Shown: positions 48,931 through 59,351 of the stretch, in pieces
Numbering within the stretch: the stretch's first letter is position 1
Layout: each line of letters begins with the position of its first letter
Sequence record: KY794643.1
Direction: 5' to 3' (one strand)
Source: Staphylococcus phage vB_Sau_S24
Length of the DNA stretch: 64,000 nucleotides
Program-made: the position numbers and the translations under genes
The notes under the pieces: model-generated
The model's database searches: none
What the model was told of the DNA's origin: nothing
The model's input: the letters and a program-made list of their open reading frames with translations, nothing else

Positions 48931-50365
48931 AAAGATAAAGGAGCTTATTCTTCATAAATCAATGAAGGATATACATTTTGCAAGAGAAGTACTAGATAAC
49001 TTACCTAAGAACCTATTTTCAGCAGAATCTGAAGATATGGGTTACTTATTTACAGCTATAAAGAGAACAGCACACATTTCCGATAAGATGTCAAATGAAG
49101 CGTTAGCAATTAAAATAGAACAGCTTATGGGTAATAATAAGGAAGATGAAGAGAGAGTAACTAAAACTCTAACTTACTTAGAGGATTTATACAAAGTAGA
49201 TGTTAATGATAAAGATGAATCTGTTAATTATGAAATAGATAAATATATTAAAACAGAAATGTCTAAGGAAGTATTAGTTAAGTTTATTGCAGAAAATAAA
49301 CAAGAAGATTCAGACAACTTACATGAGCTTGTAGATAAGCTAAAACAAATAGAGGTAAGTGATATTTCAGGTGGTAATGGGGAATTTATTGATTTCTTCG
49401 AAGATACTGAAAAGAAACAGGAACTATTAAGTAATTTAGCTACAAATAAATTCTCTACTGGATTTACTTCTATTGATAACCACATTGAAGGTGGTATAGC
49501 AAGAGGAGAGGTTGGATTAATTATAGCTCCAACTGGTAGAGGTAAGTCATTAATGGCTTCTAACTTAGCTAAAAACTATGTGAAGAGTGGGTTAAGTGTT
49601 CTATACATTGCATTAGAGGAAAAAATGGATAGAATGGTTTTACGTGCAGAACAACAAATGGCAGGAGCAGAAAAGAGTCAAATTGTAAATCAAGATATGT
49701 CTTTAAATAATAAGGTTTATGATGCAATACAAAATCATTATCAGAAGAATAGAAAGTTATTAGGTGACTTTTATATTTCTAAACACATGCCAGGTGAAGT
49801 TACACCAAACCAATTAGAGCAAATTATTGTTAATACTACAATTAAGAAAGATAAGAATATTGATGTTGTTATCATTGACTATCCTCATCTAATGAGAAAT
49901 CCACATGCTAAGTATCATTCAGAATCAGATGCAGGAGGAAAACTGTTTGAAGACATTCGTAGGTTATCACAGCAATATGGATTTGTATGTTGGACTTTAG
50001 CTCAGACTAACCGTGGAGCTTATGGTTCAGATGTTATCACAAGTGAGCACGTTGAAGGTTCTCGTAAGATTGTCAATGCCGTTGAGGTATCATTAGCAGT
50101 AAACCAAAAAGATGAAGAATTCAAGAGCGGTTTCTTGAGATTGTACCTGGATAAAGTTCGTAACAGTTCTAATACAGGAGAACGATTTGTTAATCTTAAA
50201 GTAGAACCAACTAAGATGATTGTAAGAGATGAAACACCGGAAGAAAAACAAGAACATATTCAATTGTTATCTGACAATGGGAAAGAAGATACAAGTAAAT
50301 TCCAAGCTAAAGATAATAAAATAGAAGCTATAAATAATACATTCGGAGGATTACCTGGAATTTAA
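48923..50365 (+). CDS. DnaB-like replicative helicase
   Basis: 480-aa ORF with Walker A GLIIAPTGRGKS, Walker B VVIIDYPHLM, and a RecA-like C-terminal domain. It overlaps the upstream gene by 8 nt. Confidence 0.6.
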   Translation: MSKKIKELILHKSMKDIHFAREVLDNLPKNLFSAESEDMGYLFTAIKRTAHISDKMSNEALAIKIEQLMGNNKEDEERVTKTLTYLEDLYKVDVNDKDESVNYEIDKYIKTEMSKEVLVKFIAENKQEDSDNLHELVDKLKQIEVSDISGGNGEFIDFFEDTEKKQELLSNLATNKFSTGFTSIDNHIEGGIARGEVGLIIAPTGRGKSLMASNLAKNYVKSGLSVLYIALEEKMDRMVLRAEQQMAGAEKSQIVNQDMSLNNKVYDAIQNHYQKNRKLLGDFYISKHMPGEVTPNQLEQIIVNTTIKKDKNIDVVIIDYPHLMRNPHAKYHSESDAGGKLFEDIRRLSQQYGFVCWTLAQTNRGAYGSDVITSEHVEGSRKIVNAVEVSLAVNQKDEEFKSGFLRLYLDKVRNSSNTGERFVNLKVEPTKMIVRDETPEEKQEHIQLLSDNGKEDTSKFQAKDNKIEAINNTFGGLPGI

Positions 50366-50383
50366 ATTTTTAACCTATACCAC

Positions 50384-50412
50384 TTGACATTTTATATGTT
50401 AGGTGGTATAAT
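50384..50412 (+). promoter_or_regulatory. sigma-A-type promoter
   Basis: TTGACA, 17-nt spacer, then TATAAT. Confidence 0.55.
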
Positions 50413-50443
50413 TGTTTTATAAACAAAAAAGGAGAGATTTATA

Positions 50444-50725
50444 ATGAGAAATTTAGACCCATTAAATAATTTTAAATACTTTAATAACACTAAACCCGAA
50501 GGATATGTTGTATTTTTAACAAGTGAGACAGAAACTAAAGGGATGACAATTGAAGTAGCAAGCCCGCAAGATAGAGTGTTTGAGCTTGAGTATAAACCAA
50601 ATACAATTATTTTAACAGATAACAATAATATAATAACTACTTATGCAAATGATGTAGATACTTCATCTGATGAACTAGAACACCATATAAACAAACTTAT
50701 TGAAGAGGATTTGGAGGATAAGTAA
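50444..50725 (+). CDS. hypothetical protein
   Basis: 93-aa ORF with the RBS aaaaggagag. Confidence 0.45.
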   Translation: MRNLDPLNNFKYFNNTKPEGYVVFLTSETETKGMTIEVASPQDRVFELEYKPNTIILTDNNNIITTYANDVDTSSDELEHHINKLIEEDLEDK

Positions 50726-51753
50726 TGAAATTTATATTTTTCACAGATAGTCATTTTCATTTATTTACAAACTATGCAAAACCTGATGAAGATTATGTAA
50801 ATGATAGATTTAAAGAGCAGATAGAAGCATTACAGAAAGTGTTTGATATTGCTAGAGAAGAAGAAGCTACTGTTATTTTTGGAGGAGACCTGTTTCATAA
50901 ACGTAACTCAGTAGATACTAGAGTGTATAATAAAGTCTTTGAAACATTTGCTAGTAACCAGGACATTAAAGTTTATATGGTTAGGGGAAATCATGATGCT
51001 GTGAGTAACTCATTATATACTGATTCAAGTATAGATATATTTGAAACGTTACCTAACGTAGAAGTAACTAAATCTTTACGAAGTGAACCTTTGAGTGATA
51101 CAGTACAACTAACAACGTGTGCTTACGGGGATGAGACTGAAGAGATTAAAGAGTTTATTAAAAAGAGTTACCAAGAAGGTAAAGTAAATGTTCTAGTAGG
51201 TCATTTAGGCGTAGAAGGGTCTTTAACTGGTAAAGGCTCTCATAGATTAGAAGGTGCTTTCGGTTATCCTGATTTATTACCTGATAACTATGCTTTTATC
51301 CTATTAGGACACTACCATAGAAGACAATATTTCAAAAACCCAAACCATTTTTATGGAGGCTCATTAATGCAACAGTCATTTTCTGATGAGCAAGAAGCTA
51401 ATGGTGTTCATTTAATAGATACGGAAAAGATGACTGCAGAATTCATTCCAATCCATACACGTAGATTTATTACTATCCAGGGAGAAGATATACCTGAAAA
51501 CTTTGACCAATTAATAGATGAAGATAATTTTATTAGACTTATTGGTACTTCAAACCATGCTAAGGTGTTAGAAATGGATGACAGTATGAAGGATAAAAAT
51601 GTTGAAGTTCAGATTAAAAAAGAGTATACTGTAGAGAAACGTATAGAAAGTGATGTATCTGATGACCCATTAACAATTGCTAGTACTTATGCTAAGCAAT
51701 ATTCACCTGAATCAGAACAAGAAATACTTGAATGCTTGAAGGAGGTTCTATAA
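50725..51753 (+). CDS. sbcD: SbcD/Mre11-like nuclease
   Basis: 342-aa ORF with calcineurin-like phosphoesterase motifs FTDSHFH, GGDLFH and GNHD. Confidence 0.75.
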   Translation: MKFIFFTDSHFHLFTNYAKPDEDYVNDRFKEQIEALQKVFDIAREEEATVIFGGDLFHKRNSVDTRVYNKVFETFASNQDIKVYMVRGNHDAVSNSLYTDSSIDIFETLPNVEVTKSLRSEPLSDTVQLTTCAYGDETEEIKEFIKKSYQEGKVNVLVGHLGVEGSLTGKGSHRLEGAFGYPDLLPDNYAFILLGHYHRRQYFKNPNHFYGGSLMQQSFSDEQEANGVHLIDTEKMTAEFIPIHTRRFITIQGEDIPENFDQLIDEDNFIRLIGTSNHAKVLEMDDSMKDKNVEVQIKKEYTVEKRIESDVSDDPLTIASTYAKQYSPESEQEILECLKEVL

Positions 51754-53672
51754 TGGTAGTATTTAAACAAGTAGAAGTTAATAATTTTTTAGCAATTAAA
51801 GAGGCTACATTAGAGTTAGAGAGTAGAGGTTTAATACTTATTGAAGGTGAGAATAAATCCAATGAGTCATTCCACTCAAACGGTTCCGGTAAATCAACTT
51901 TAATATCTGCCATCACTTATGCTTTATATGGTAAAACTGAAAAGGGATTAAAAGCAGATGATGTAGTAAATAACATTGAAAAAAAAAATACATCTGTTAA
52001 ACTTAAGTTTGATATTGGAGAAGATAGCTATTTAATTGAGCGTTATCGTAAGGATAAAGAGAATAAGAACAAAGTTAAATTGTTTGTTAATGATAAAGAA
52101 ATTACAGGCTCAACAAATGATGTTACTGATAAGCAGATACAGGATTTATTTGGTATTGAGTTTAATACTTACGTTAATGCTATCATGTACGGTCAGGGGG
52201 ACATTCCCATGTTCTCTCAAGCAACAGATAAAGGTAAGAAAGAAATTCTTGAGTCTATCACTAAAACAGATGTATATAAGCAAGCACAAGATGTAGCAAA
52301 AGAGAAAGTTAAAGAAGTAGAAGAACAACAAAATAACCTGAGACAAGAAATAGATAAATTAGGATATCAGTTATCTACAAAAGATGAATACTTTCAAAAG
52401 GAAGTAGAACAGTATAATCAATATAAAGAACAATTGGTTCAGATAGAAAATAGTAATAAAGAGAAAGATAGATTAAGAGAGCAAGAAGAGAAGCAAATAG
52501 AAGCTCAAATAGAGCAATTAACCTCACAGGTACCAACAATACCTGATGAACAATTTAAGCACTCAGAGGACTATAATAAAGCCTCTCAGAGCCTAGATTT
52601 ACTTTCTAATAAATTAACTGAATTAAATCAAGTATATACAGAGTATAATACTAAAGAACAGGTACTGAAATCTGAGATAGCTACATTAAATAATAGCTTA
52701 AACCAGTTAGATACAAACGACCATTGTCCTGTTTGTGGCTCTCCTATAGATAACTCTCATAAATTAAAAGAACAGGAAAATATCAATAATAATATTGAGA
52801 GTAAGAAACAAGAGATTACTAGTGTATTAGGAACGAAAGATACGTATAAGGAAGCTATTGATAAAGTAAATAATAAAGCACAAGAAATTAAAGATAAAAT
52901 GACCCAAGAAGACCAACAAGAACGAGAGCATAATAATAATATTAATAGTCTCATTCAAGAGGCTTCTAAGGTTAAATCAGATATTAGTTCATTAGAAAAT
53001 AATAAAACTTATTTAAAAGTGAAATACCAACATCAATCTGTTCAAGGTTTAGAACGAGAAGAACCGAGTAAAGAAAAACATGAAGAAGATAAAAAAGAAT
53101 TGCAAAATGCTATTGACAAACATGAGGAGAATATAGTACAATTAGAAAGTAAGAAAGGTAAATACCAACAAGCTGTAGATGCTTTTAGTAATAAAGGTAT
53201 ACGTTCAGTAGTGTTAGACTTTATTACACCTTTCTTAAATGAGAAAGCTAATGAGTACCTTCAAACTTTATCAGGTTCAGATATTGAAATAGAATTCCAA
53301 ACTCAAGTGAAGAATGCTAAAGGAGAACTAAAAGATAAGTTTGATGTTATTGTTAAAAATAGCAAAGGCGGAGGTTCGTACAAATCAAACTCAGCAGGAG
53401 AACAAAAACGTATTGACTTAGCAATTAGCTTTGCAATTCAGGATTTAATTATGAGTAAAGATGAGATATCTACAAATATTGCACTTTATGATGAATGTTT
53501 TGATGGGTTAGATACTGTAGGATGTGAAAATGTAATTAAGTTATTAAAGGATAGACTTAATACAGTAGGAACTATATTTGTAATTACCCATAATACAGAA
53601 CTTAAACCGTTGTTTGAACAAACAATTAAAATAATAAAAGAAAACGGAGTATCAAAACTGGAGGAAAAATAA
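51753..53672 (+). CDS. sbcC: SbcC/Rad50-like ATPase
   Basis: The ATG at 51753 follows GGAGG (the track starts at 51732). Walker A SNGSGKST, coiled coil with zinc hook CPVCG, ABC signature SAGEQKRIDLAISFA, D-loop YDECFDGLD. Confidence 0.75.
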   Translation: MVVFKQVEVNNFLAIKEATLELESRGLILIEGENKSNESFHSNGSGKSTLISAITYALYGKTEKGLKADDVVNNIEKKNTSVKLKFDIGEDSYLIERYRKDKENKNKVKLFVNDKEITGSTNDVTDKQIQDLFGIEFNTYVNAIMYGQGDIPMFSQATDKGKKEILESITKTDVYKQAQDVAKEKVKEVEEQQNNLRQEIDKLGYQLSTKDEYFQKEVEQYNQYKEQLVQIENSNKEKDRLREQEEKQIEAQIEQLTSQVPTIPDEQFKHSEDYNKASQSLDLLSNKLTELNQVYTEYNTKEQVLKSEIATLNNSLNQLDTNDHCPVCGSPIDNSHKLKEQENINNNIESKKQEITSVLGTKDTYKEAIDKVNNKAQEIKDKMTQEDQQEREHNNNINSLIQEASKVKSDISSLENNKTYLKVKYQHQSVQGLEREEPSKEKHEEDKKELQNAIDKHEENIVQLESKKGKYQQAVDAFSNKGIRSVVLDFITPFLNEKANEYLQTLSGSDIEIEFQTQVKNAKGELKDKFDVIVKNSKGGGSYKSNSAGEQKRIDLAISFAIQDLIMSKDEISTNIALYDECFDGLDTVGCENVIKLLKDRLNTVGTIFVITHNTELKPLFEQTIKIIKENGVSKLEEK

Positions 53673-54268
53673 TGAAATTAAAGATTTTAGATAAAGAGAA
53701 TGCAACACTTAATGTGTTTCATCGTAATAAGGAGCACAAAACGATAGATAATGTACCTACGGCTAACTTAGTTGATTGGTACCCTTTAAGTAATGCTTAC
53801 GAATACAAGTTAAGTAGAAATGAGGAGTATTTAGAATTAAAAAGGTTACGTTCTACCTTACCTTCTTCTTACGGTTTAGAACATAATGACCAAGATATTA
53901 TTAGAGATAATAATCATAGATGTAAAATAGGGTATTGGTATAACCCTGCAGTACGTAAAGATAATTTAAAGATTATTGAGAAAGCTAAACAATATGGTTT
54001 ACCTGTTATAACAGAAGAATATGATGCTAACATTGTAGAACAAGGGTTCAGAGATATTGGAGTTATATTCCAAAGTCTTAAAACTATTGTTGTTACTAGG
54101 TACCTAGAAGGTAAAACAGAAGAAGAATTAAGAATTTTTAACATGAAATCAGAGGAGTCACAATTAAATGAAGCACTTAAAGAGAGTGATTTTTCTGTAG
54201 ACTTAACTTATAGTGATTTAGGACAGATTTACAATATGTTACTATTGATGAAAAAAATTAGTAAATAG
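53672..54268 (+). CDS. 198-aa hypothetical protein; candidate host sigma-A-binding anti-sigma factor (gp67-like)
   Basis: Its ATG overlaps the sbcC stop. The 198-aa size and the location in the replication module fit what I recall of phage G1 gp67. This is a recollection; I have no alignment. Confidence 0.45.
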   Translation: MKLKILDKENATLNVFHRNKEHKTIDNVPTANLVDWYPLSNAYEYKLSRNEEYLELKRLRSTLPSSYGLEHNDQDIIRDNNHRCKIGYWYNPAVRKDNLKIIEKAKQYGLPVITEEYDANIVEQGFRDIGVIFQSLKTIVVTRYLEGKTEEELRIFNMKSEESQLNEALKESDFSVDLTYSDLGQIYNMLLLMKKISK

Positions 54269-54282
54269 TAAGGAAGGATATT

Positions 54283-55350
54283 ATGAGGTTTGAAGACTTT
54301 TTAACCCAAGAATTAGGAGAACCAAAAGAGAATACTATAGGTGAGCTAAGATACTGTTGTCCGTTTTGTGGAGAAAAAAGTTATAAGTTCTACGTTAAGC
54401 AAGCCCTAGACTCCAGTAATGGTCAATATCACTGTAAAAAATGTGATGAATCAGGTAACCCTATTACATTTATGAAGACCTATTACAACATTACAGGTAA
54501 ACAAGCTTTTGATTTATTAGAGTCTAAGAATATAGATATAGAGAGAGCCCCTTTACTTACAACTAATAACAAGGATTTAACAGAATCTGAGAAACTTATA
54601 TTAATGCTTAGAGGTGTAAACCAAGATAAAAGAAATACTAGTATTAAACCACCTCGATTACCTGATGGATATAAATTATTAAAAGATAATTTAAATAATA
54701 GAGAGATTATACCTTTTTTAAAATACTTAAAAGGTAGAGGTATAACTTTAGAGCAAATCATTAATAATAATATAGGTTATGTTATTAATGGGAGCTTCTA
54801 TAAAGTTGATGGGGAATCAAAAGTATCATTAAGGAATAGTATTATATTCTTTACGTATGACAATGATGGAAACTACCAATATTGGAATACCCGAAGTATA
54901 GAGAAGAACCCTTATATTAAATCTATTAATGCTCCTGCTAAACAAGATGAAGTAGGAAGAAAAGATGTCATATTTAATTTAAATATAGCAAGAAAGAAAA
55001 AATTCTTAGTTATAACTGAAGGTGTATTTGATGCTTTAACCTTTCATGAATATGGAGTAGCAACACTAGGTAAGCAAGTAACAGAAAATCAAATAAGAAA
55101 AATAATTGATTACGTTAGTGTAGATACATCAATCTATATTATGTTAGACACTGATGCATTAGATAATAATATAGATTTAGCTTATAAACTAAAAACACAT
55201 TTTAACAAAGTTTACTTTGTACCTCATGGTGACGAGGATGCAAATGATATGGGAACAAGGAAAGCTTTTGAGTTGTTAAAACAGAATCGAGTACTAGTAA
55301 CACCTGAAAGTATACAGAGTTACAAAATACAACAAAAACTTAAACTTTAG
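54283..55350 (+). CDS. DNA primase (zinc ribbon plus TOPRIM)
   Basis: 355-aa ORF with YCCPFCGEKSYKF...HCKKCDESG as the zinc-binding region and TOPRIM-like LVITEGVFDALT ... IMLDTD. Confidence 0.7.
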   Translation: MRFEDFLTQELGEPKENTIGELRYCCPFCGEKSYKFYVKQALDSSNGQYHCKKCDESGNPITFMKTYYNITGKQAFDLLESKNIDIERAPLLTTNNKDLTESEKLILMLRGVNQDKRNTSIKPPRLPDGYKLLKDNLNNREIIPFLKYLKGRGITLEQIINNNIGYVINGSFYKVDGESKVSLRNSIIFFTYDNDGNYQYWNTRSIEKNPYIKSINAPAKQDEVGRKDVIFNLNIARKKKFLVITEGVFDALTFHEYGVATLGKQVTENQIRKIIDYVSVDTSIYIMLDTDALDNNIDLAYKLKTHFNKVYFVPHGDEDANDMGTRKAFELLKQNRVLVTPESIQSYKIQQKLKL

Positions 55351-55353
55351 GCT

Positions 55354-55381
55354 TGACCTTAGAGAAGTTTTATGTTATACT
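55354..55381 (+). promoter_or_regulatory. sigma-A-type promoter
   Basis: TTGACC, 16-nt spacer, then TGtTATACT. Confidence 0.5.
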
Positions 55382-55414
55382 AGTACTTAAGTAATTAATA
55401 AAGGAGAAAAAATA

Positions 55415-55753
55415 ATGTCAAATAATAAAAAAGATATTTTAAAATTTGTAGATGAATACATTACAGCTTTAAGAGTTGGTAATGAGCAACGACAACATCA
55501 ATTAGAAGAAATGGGTAAAGAAGAAACAGCAACATTAACAGACGTAGCTAAAGCTATTACTAATCTTATGATAGGTGTTAATGAGCAAATGATAGACTTA
55601 GAATACAACAATGAGTTAAACTTAAATATTTTAATTGATGCTTTATATAAAGCAGAGCTTATTAACGAAGATGTATTAGACTACATTCAAGAAGCAATTG
55701 ATAAATCACAAGAAGAACCTAAAAATGAAGAAGAAAAAGGAGAACAAGAATAA
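55415..55753 (+). CDS. hypothetical acidic protein
   Basis: 112-aa ORF with the RBS aaaggagaaaaa. Confidence 0.45.
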   Translation: MSNNKKDILKFVDEYITALRVGNEQRQHQLEEMGKEETATLTDVAKAITNLMIGVNEQMIDLEYNNELNLNILIDALYKAELINEDVLDYIQEAIDKSQEEPKNEEEKGEQE

Positions 55754-56205
55754 TGGAAAAAAATATTAGCACACACACAAAAGGTATTAGTCAAGCAGAC
55801 ATGGAGAAATGGATTGAAGCTGTAGTACAAGGAACTGTTGATGGTAAACAAGTTGATGATAAAACAGCTAAACAATTAGATAGAATTGGTTCACGTAGTG
55901 TTTCTTTAGAAGAAGCAACTCGTATTGCTAAAGTTCTTAATGCTGTTACAGTTCAAGAGATTTCAGGAGATTTTAATGATGCATTTAATGCAATTGACTT
56001 AATGATGATTATCATGGAAGATGAGTTAGGAGTAACTCAAGAACAAGTTGAAAAAGCTAAAGATAAGTTAAATGAGAAACGAGAAGCATATTTAAAAGAG
56101 AAGCAAGAAGAATTACGTCAAAAACAACAAGAAGAAGTACAAAAAGAAACTGAATCTGACAGCAATGAAAAAGTAATTCAGTTGAAGAAAAATGACGAAC
56201 AGTAA
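55753..56205 (+). CDS. hypothetical protein with a coiled-coil C-terminus
   Basis: 150-aa ORF whose ATG overlaps the upstream TAA. Confidence 0.45.
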   Translation: MEKNISTHTKGISQADMEKWIEAVVQGTVDGKQVDDKTAKQLDRIGSRSVSLEEATRIAKVLNAVTVQEISGDFNDAFNAIDLMMIIMEDELGVTQEQVEKAKDKLNEKREAYLKEKQEELRQKQQEEVQKETESDSNEKVIQLKKNDEQ

Positions 56206-56800
56206 GAAAAAGGGAGATACATTCGAACGTAAAATAGCTAAAGAATTAACTTCTTGGTGGGGATACCAATTTAATAGGTCTCCCCAATCAGGTGGTGCCT
56301 CTTGGGGTAAAGATAATAATGCTGTCGGAGATATAGTAGTACCTCAGGAAGCTAATTTTCCTTTAGTAGTTGAATGTAAACATAGAGAAGAATGGACTAT
56401 AGATAATGTTCTTCTAAATAATAGAGAGCCACACACATGGTGGGAACAAGTAATTAATGATAGTAGCAAGGTGAATAAGACACCTTGCTTAATATTTACT
56501 AGAAATAGAGCTCAGAGTTATGTTGCTTTACCTTACGATGAAAAAGTATATGAGGACTTAAGAGATAATGAATACCCTGTTATGAGAACAGATTTTATTA
56601 TTGATAATATTAGAAAAGATAAATTTTTTTATGATGTCCTTATAACTACCATGAATGGGTTGACCTCATTTACACCTTCTTATATTATATCTTGCTACGA
56701 CAAAAAAGATGTAAAACCATACAAGAAGGTCGAGTCTAATTTATCTGAGGTAAGTAAGCATGAAGATGAATTGATTAATGACCTTCTTAGTGATATATAA
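56192..56800 (+). CDS. putative PD-(D/E)XK nuclease (RecU/Hjc-like Holliday junction resolvase)
   Basis: 202-aa ORF. GDTFERKIAKEL ... GDIVVP ... VVECKHRE resembles RecU/Hjc catalytic motifs (E, D, ExK). Confidence 0.4.
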   Translation: MTNSKKKGDTFERKIAKELTSWWGYQFNRSPQSGGASWGKDNNAVGDIVVPQEANFPLVVECKHREEWTIDNVLLNNREPHTWWEQVINDSSKVNKTPCLIFTRNRAQSYVALPYDEKVYEDLRDNEYPVMRTDFIIDNIRKDKFFYDVLITTMNGLTSFTPSYIISCYDKKDVKPYKKVESNLSEVSKHEDELINDLLSDI

Positions 56801-56816
56801 GGAAGGTAAGATAAGT

Positions 56817-57209
56817 ATGACAAGTAAAGAAAGACCGTTAATTGTATATTTTTCAGGTACAGGACAAACAGAACGACTAGTAAACAAAATTAATATTAAT
56901 AATTCATTTGAAACGTTTAGGGTTAAGAATGGAAAAGAGAAAGTAGATAAACCTTTCATATTAATAACACCTACTTATATGAAAGGTGCAATACCTAAAC
57001 AAATAGAAAGATTCTTAGAAATTAATGGGAGCCCTAAAGAAGTTATTGGAACAGGAAATAAACAATGGGGCTCTAATTTCTGCGGAGCAAGTACAAAGAT
57101 TTCAGAGATGTTTAAGATTCCTTTAATTGCTAAAGTAGAGCAATCAGGACACTTTAACGAGATACAACCAATATTAGAACACTTTAGTAATAAATATAAA
57201 GTAGCGTAA
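56817..57209 (+). CDS. nrdI: NrdI flavodoxin-like protein
   Basis: The ATG at 56817 follows the RBS aaggaagg (the track starts upstream at 56778). MTSKERPLIVYFSGTGQTERLV has the NrdI FMN-binding pattern, and the gene sits immediately upstream of nrdE. Confidence 0.7.
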   Translation: MTSKERPLIVYFSGTGQTERLVNKININNSFETFRVKNGKEKVDKPFILITPTYMKGAIPKQIERFLEINGSPKEVIGTGNKQWGSNFCGASTKISEMFKIPLIAKVEQSGHFNEIQPILEHFSNKYKVA

Positions 57210-57223
57210 AGGATGAGAGATAT

Positions 57224-59338
57224 ATGGCAACATATGGAAAATGGATTGAGTTAAACAACGAGATAACTCAATTAGATGATAATGGAAAAAATAAACTCTA
57301 TAAAGACCAAGAAGCTTTAGATGAGTATTTAAAATATATTGATGATAACACAAGAAAATTTAGTAGTGAAGTAGAAAGAATTAGAGTATTGACAGAAGAA
57401 GGAACTTATGATAAGATATTTGATAGTGTTCCTGATACTATCATTGATGAAATGACTAAGTTAGCTTATAGCTTTAACTTTAAGTTCCCTAGTTTCATGG
57501 CAGGACAGAAGTTTTATGAGTCTTACGCATCAAAACAATATGATGAAGATGATAACCCTATTTTTGTTGAAGATTATGAGCAACATAACGTTCGAGTAGC
57601 TTTATATCTATTCCAAAATGATTATGTAAAAGCTAGAGAATTATTGATTCAACTTATGGAACAAACATTCCAACCATCTACACCTACGTATAATAACTCA
57701 GGACAAGCTAATAGAGGTGAACTAAGTTCATGTTATCTATTTGTAGTGGATGATTCAATTGAGTCTTTAAACTTTGTTGAAGATAGTGTAGCTAACGCTA
57801 GTTCTAACGGTGGTGGAGTTGCAATTGACTTAACTAGAATTAGACCTAAAGGTGCTCCAGTACGTAATAGACCTAACTCAAGTAAAGGTGTTATTGCTTT
57901 TGCTAAAGCTATTGAGCATAAAGTAGGTATTTATGACCAAGGTGGAGTTAGACAAGGTAGCGGAGCAGTATACCTTAATATTTTCCATAATGATATTTTG
58001 GATTTATTAAGTTCTAAGAAAATTAATGCCAGTGAATCAGTTAGATTAGATAAATTATCTATTGGCGTTACAATTCCTAATAAATTTATGGAATTAGTTA
58101 AAGAAGGTAAACCTTTCTATACTTTTGACACTTATGATATTAATAAAGTATATGGTAAGTACCTAGATGAATTAAACATTGATGAATGGTATGAAGAACT
58201 ACTAACTAATGATAAGATTGGTAAAGTAAAACATGATGCTAGAGAAGTCATGACAGATATTGCTAAAACACAATTAGAATCAGGTTACCCTTATGTATTC
58301 TATGTTGATAATGCCAATGATAACCACCCTCTTAAAAACTTAGGTAAAGTTAAAATGAGTAACTTATGTACAGAAATTTCACAATTACAAGAGGTATCAG
58401 AGATACACCCTTATGCACACAGCAATAAGAATGTTATTAATAGAGATGTTGTTTGTACATTAGGTTCACTTAACTTAGTTAATGTGGTTGAAAAAGGTTT
58501 ATTGAATGAATCTGTAGATATTGGAACAAGAGCATTAACTAAAGTTACTGATATTATGGATTTACCATATTTACCTAGTGTTCAAAAAGCAAATGATGAC
58601 ATTAGAGCTATCGGTTTAGGCTCAATGAATTTACATGGGCTTTTAGCTAAGAATATGATTAGTTACGGTTCTAGAGAAGCATTAGACCTAGTAAATAGTT
58701 TATATAGTGCTATTAACTTCCAGTCTATTAAAACGTCTATGTTAATGGCTAAAGAAACAGGTAAACCATTTAAAGGGTTTGAAAAGTCTGATTATGCTAC
58801 AGGTGAATACTTTGTAAGATATATTAGAGAGTCTAACCAACCTAAAACAGAAAAAGCTAAGAAAGTATTAAGTAAAATTTATATTCCAACTCAAGATGAT
58901 TGGGATGAATTAGCTAAAGCAGTTAAGGTTCATGGATTGTATAATGGGTATAGAAAAGCTGAAGCACCTACTCAATCTATATCATATGTACAGAATGCTA
59001 CAAGCTCAATTATGCCTGTACCTAGTGCTATAGAGAATAGACAATATGGAGATATGGAAACATACTACCCAATGCCTTACCTAAGCCCTATAACTCAATT
59101 CTTCTATGAAGGAGAAACAGCTTATAAGATTGATAATAAACGTATTATTAATACAAGTGCTGTAGTTCAGAAGCACACAGACCAAGCAGTATCTACTATT
59201 CTTTACGTAGAGTCAGAGATACCGACTAATAAGTTAGTATCACTATACTACTATGCTTGGGAACAAGGATTAAAATCATTATACTATACACGTTCACGTA
59301 AACTTTCTGTTATTGAATGTGAAACATGTTCGGTTTAG
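57224..59338 (+). CDS. nrdE: ribonucleotide reductase class Ib alpha subunit
   Basis: 704-aa ORF with the active-site region NLCTEI, a C-terminal Cys pair CETCS, and the NrdI-NrdE-NrdF gene order. Confidence 0.8.
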   Translation: MATYGKWIELNNEITQLDDNGKNKLYKDQEALDEYLKYIDDNTRKFSSEVERIRVLTEEGTYDKIFDSVPDTIIDEMTKLAYSFNFKFPSFMAGQKFYESYASKQYDEDDNPIFVEDYEQHNVRVALYLFQNDYVKARELLIQLMEQTFQPSTPTYNNSGQANRGELSSCYLFVVDDSIESLNFVEDSVANASSNGGGVAIDLTRIRPKGAPVRNRPNSSKGVIAFAKAIEHKVGIYDQGGVRQGSGAVYLNIFHNDILDLLSSKKINASESVRLDKLSIGVTIPNKFMELVKEGKPFYTFDTYDINKVYGKYLDELNIDEWYEELLTNDKIGKVKHDAREVMTDIAKTQLESGYPYVFYVDNANDNHPLKNLGKVKMSNLCTEISQLQEVSEIHPYAHSNKNVINRDVVCTLGSLNLVNVVEKGLLNESVDIGTRALTKVTDIMDLPYLPSVQKANDDIRAIGLGSMNLHGLLAKNMISYGSREALDLVNSLYSAINFQSIKTSMLMAKETGKPFKGFEKSDYATGEYFVRYIRESNQPKTEKAKKVLSKIYIPTQDDWDELAKAVKVHGLYNGYRKAEAPTQSISYVQNATSSIMPVPSAIENRQYGDMETYYPMPYLSPITQFFYEGETAYKIDNKRIINTSAVVQKHTDQAVSTILYVESEIPTNKLVSLYYYAWEQGLKSLYYTRSRKLSVIECETCSV

Positions 59339-59351
59339 AAAGGAAATAGAT

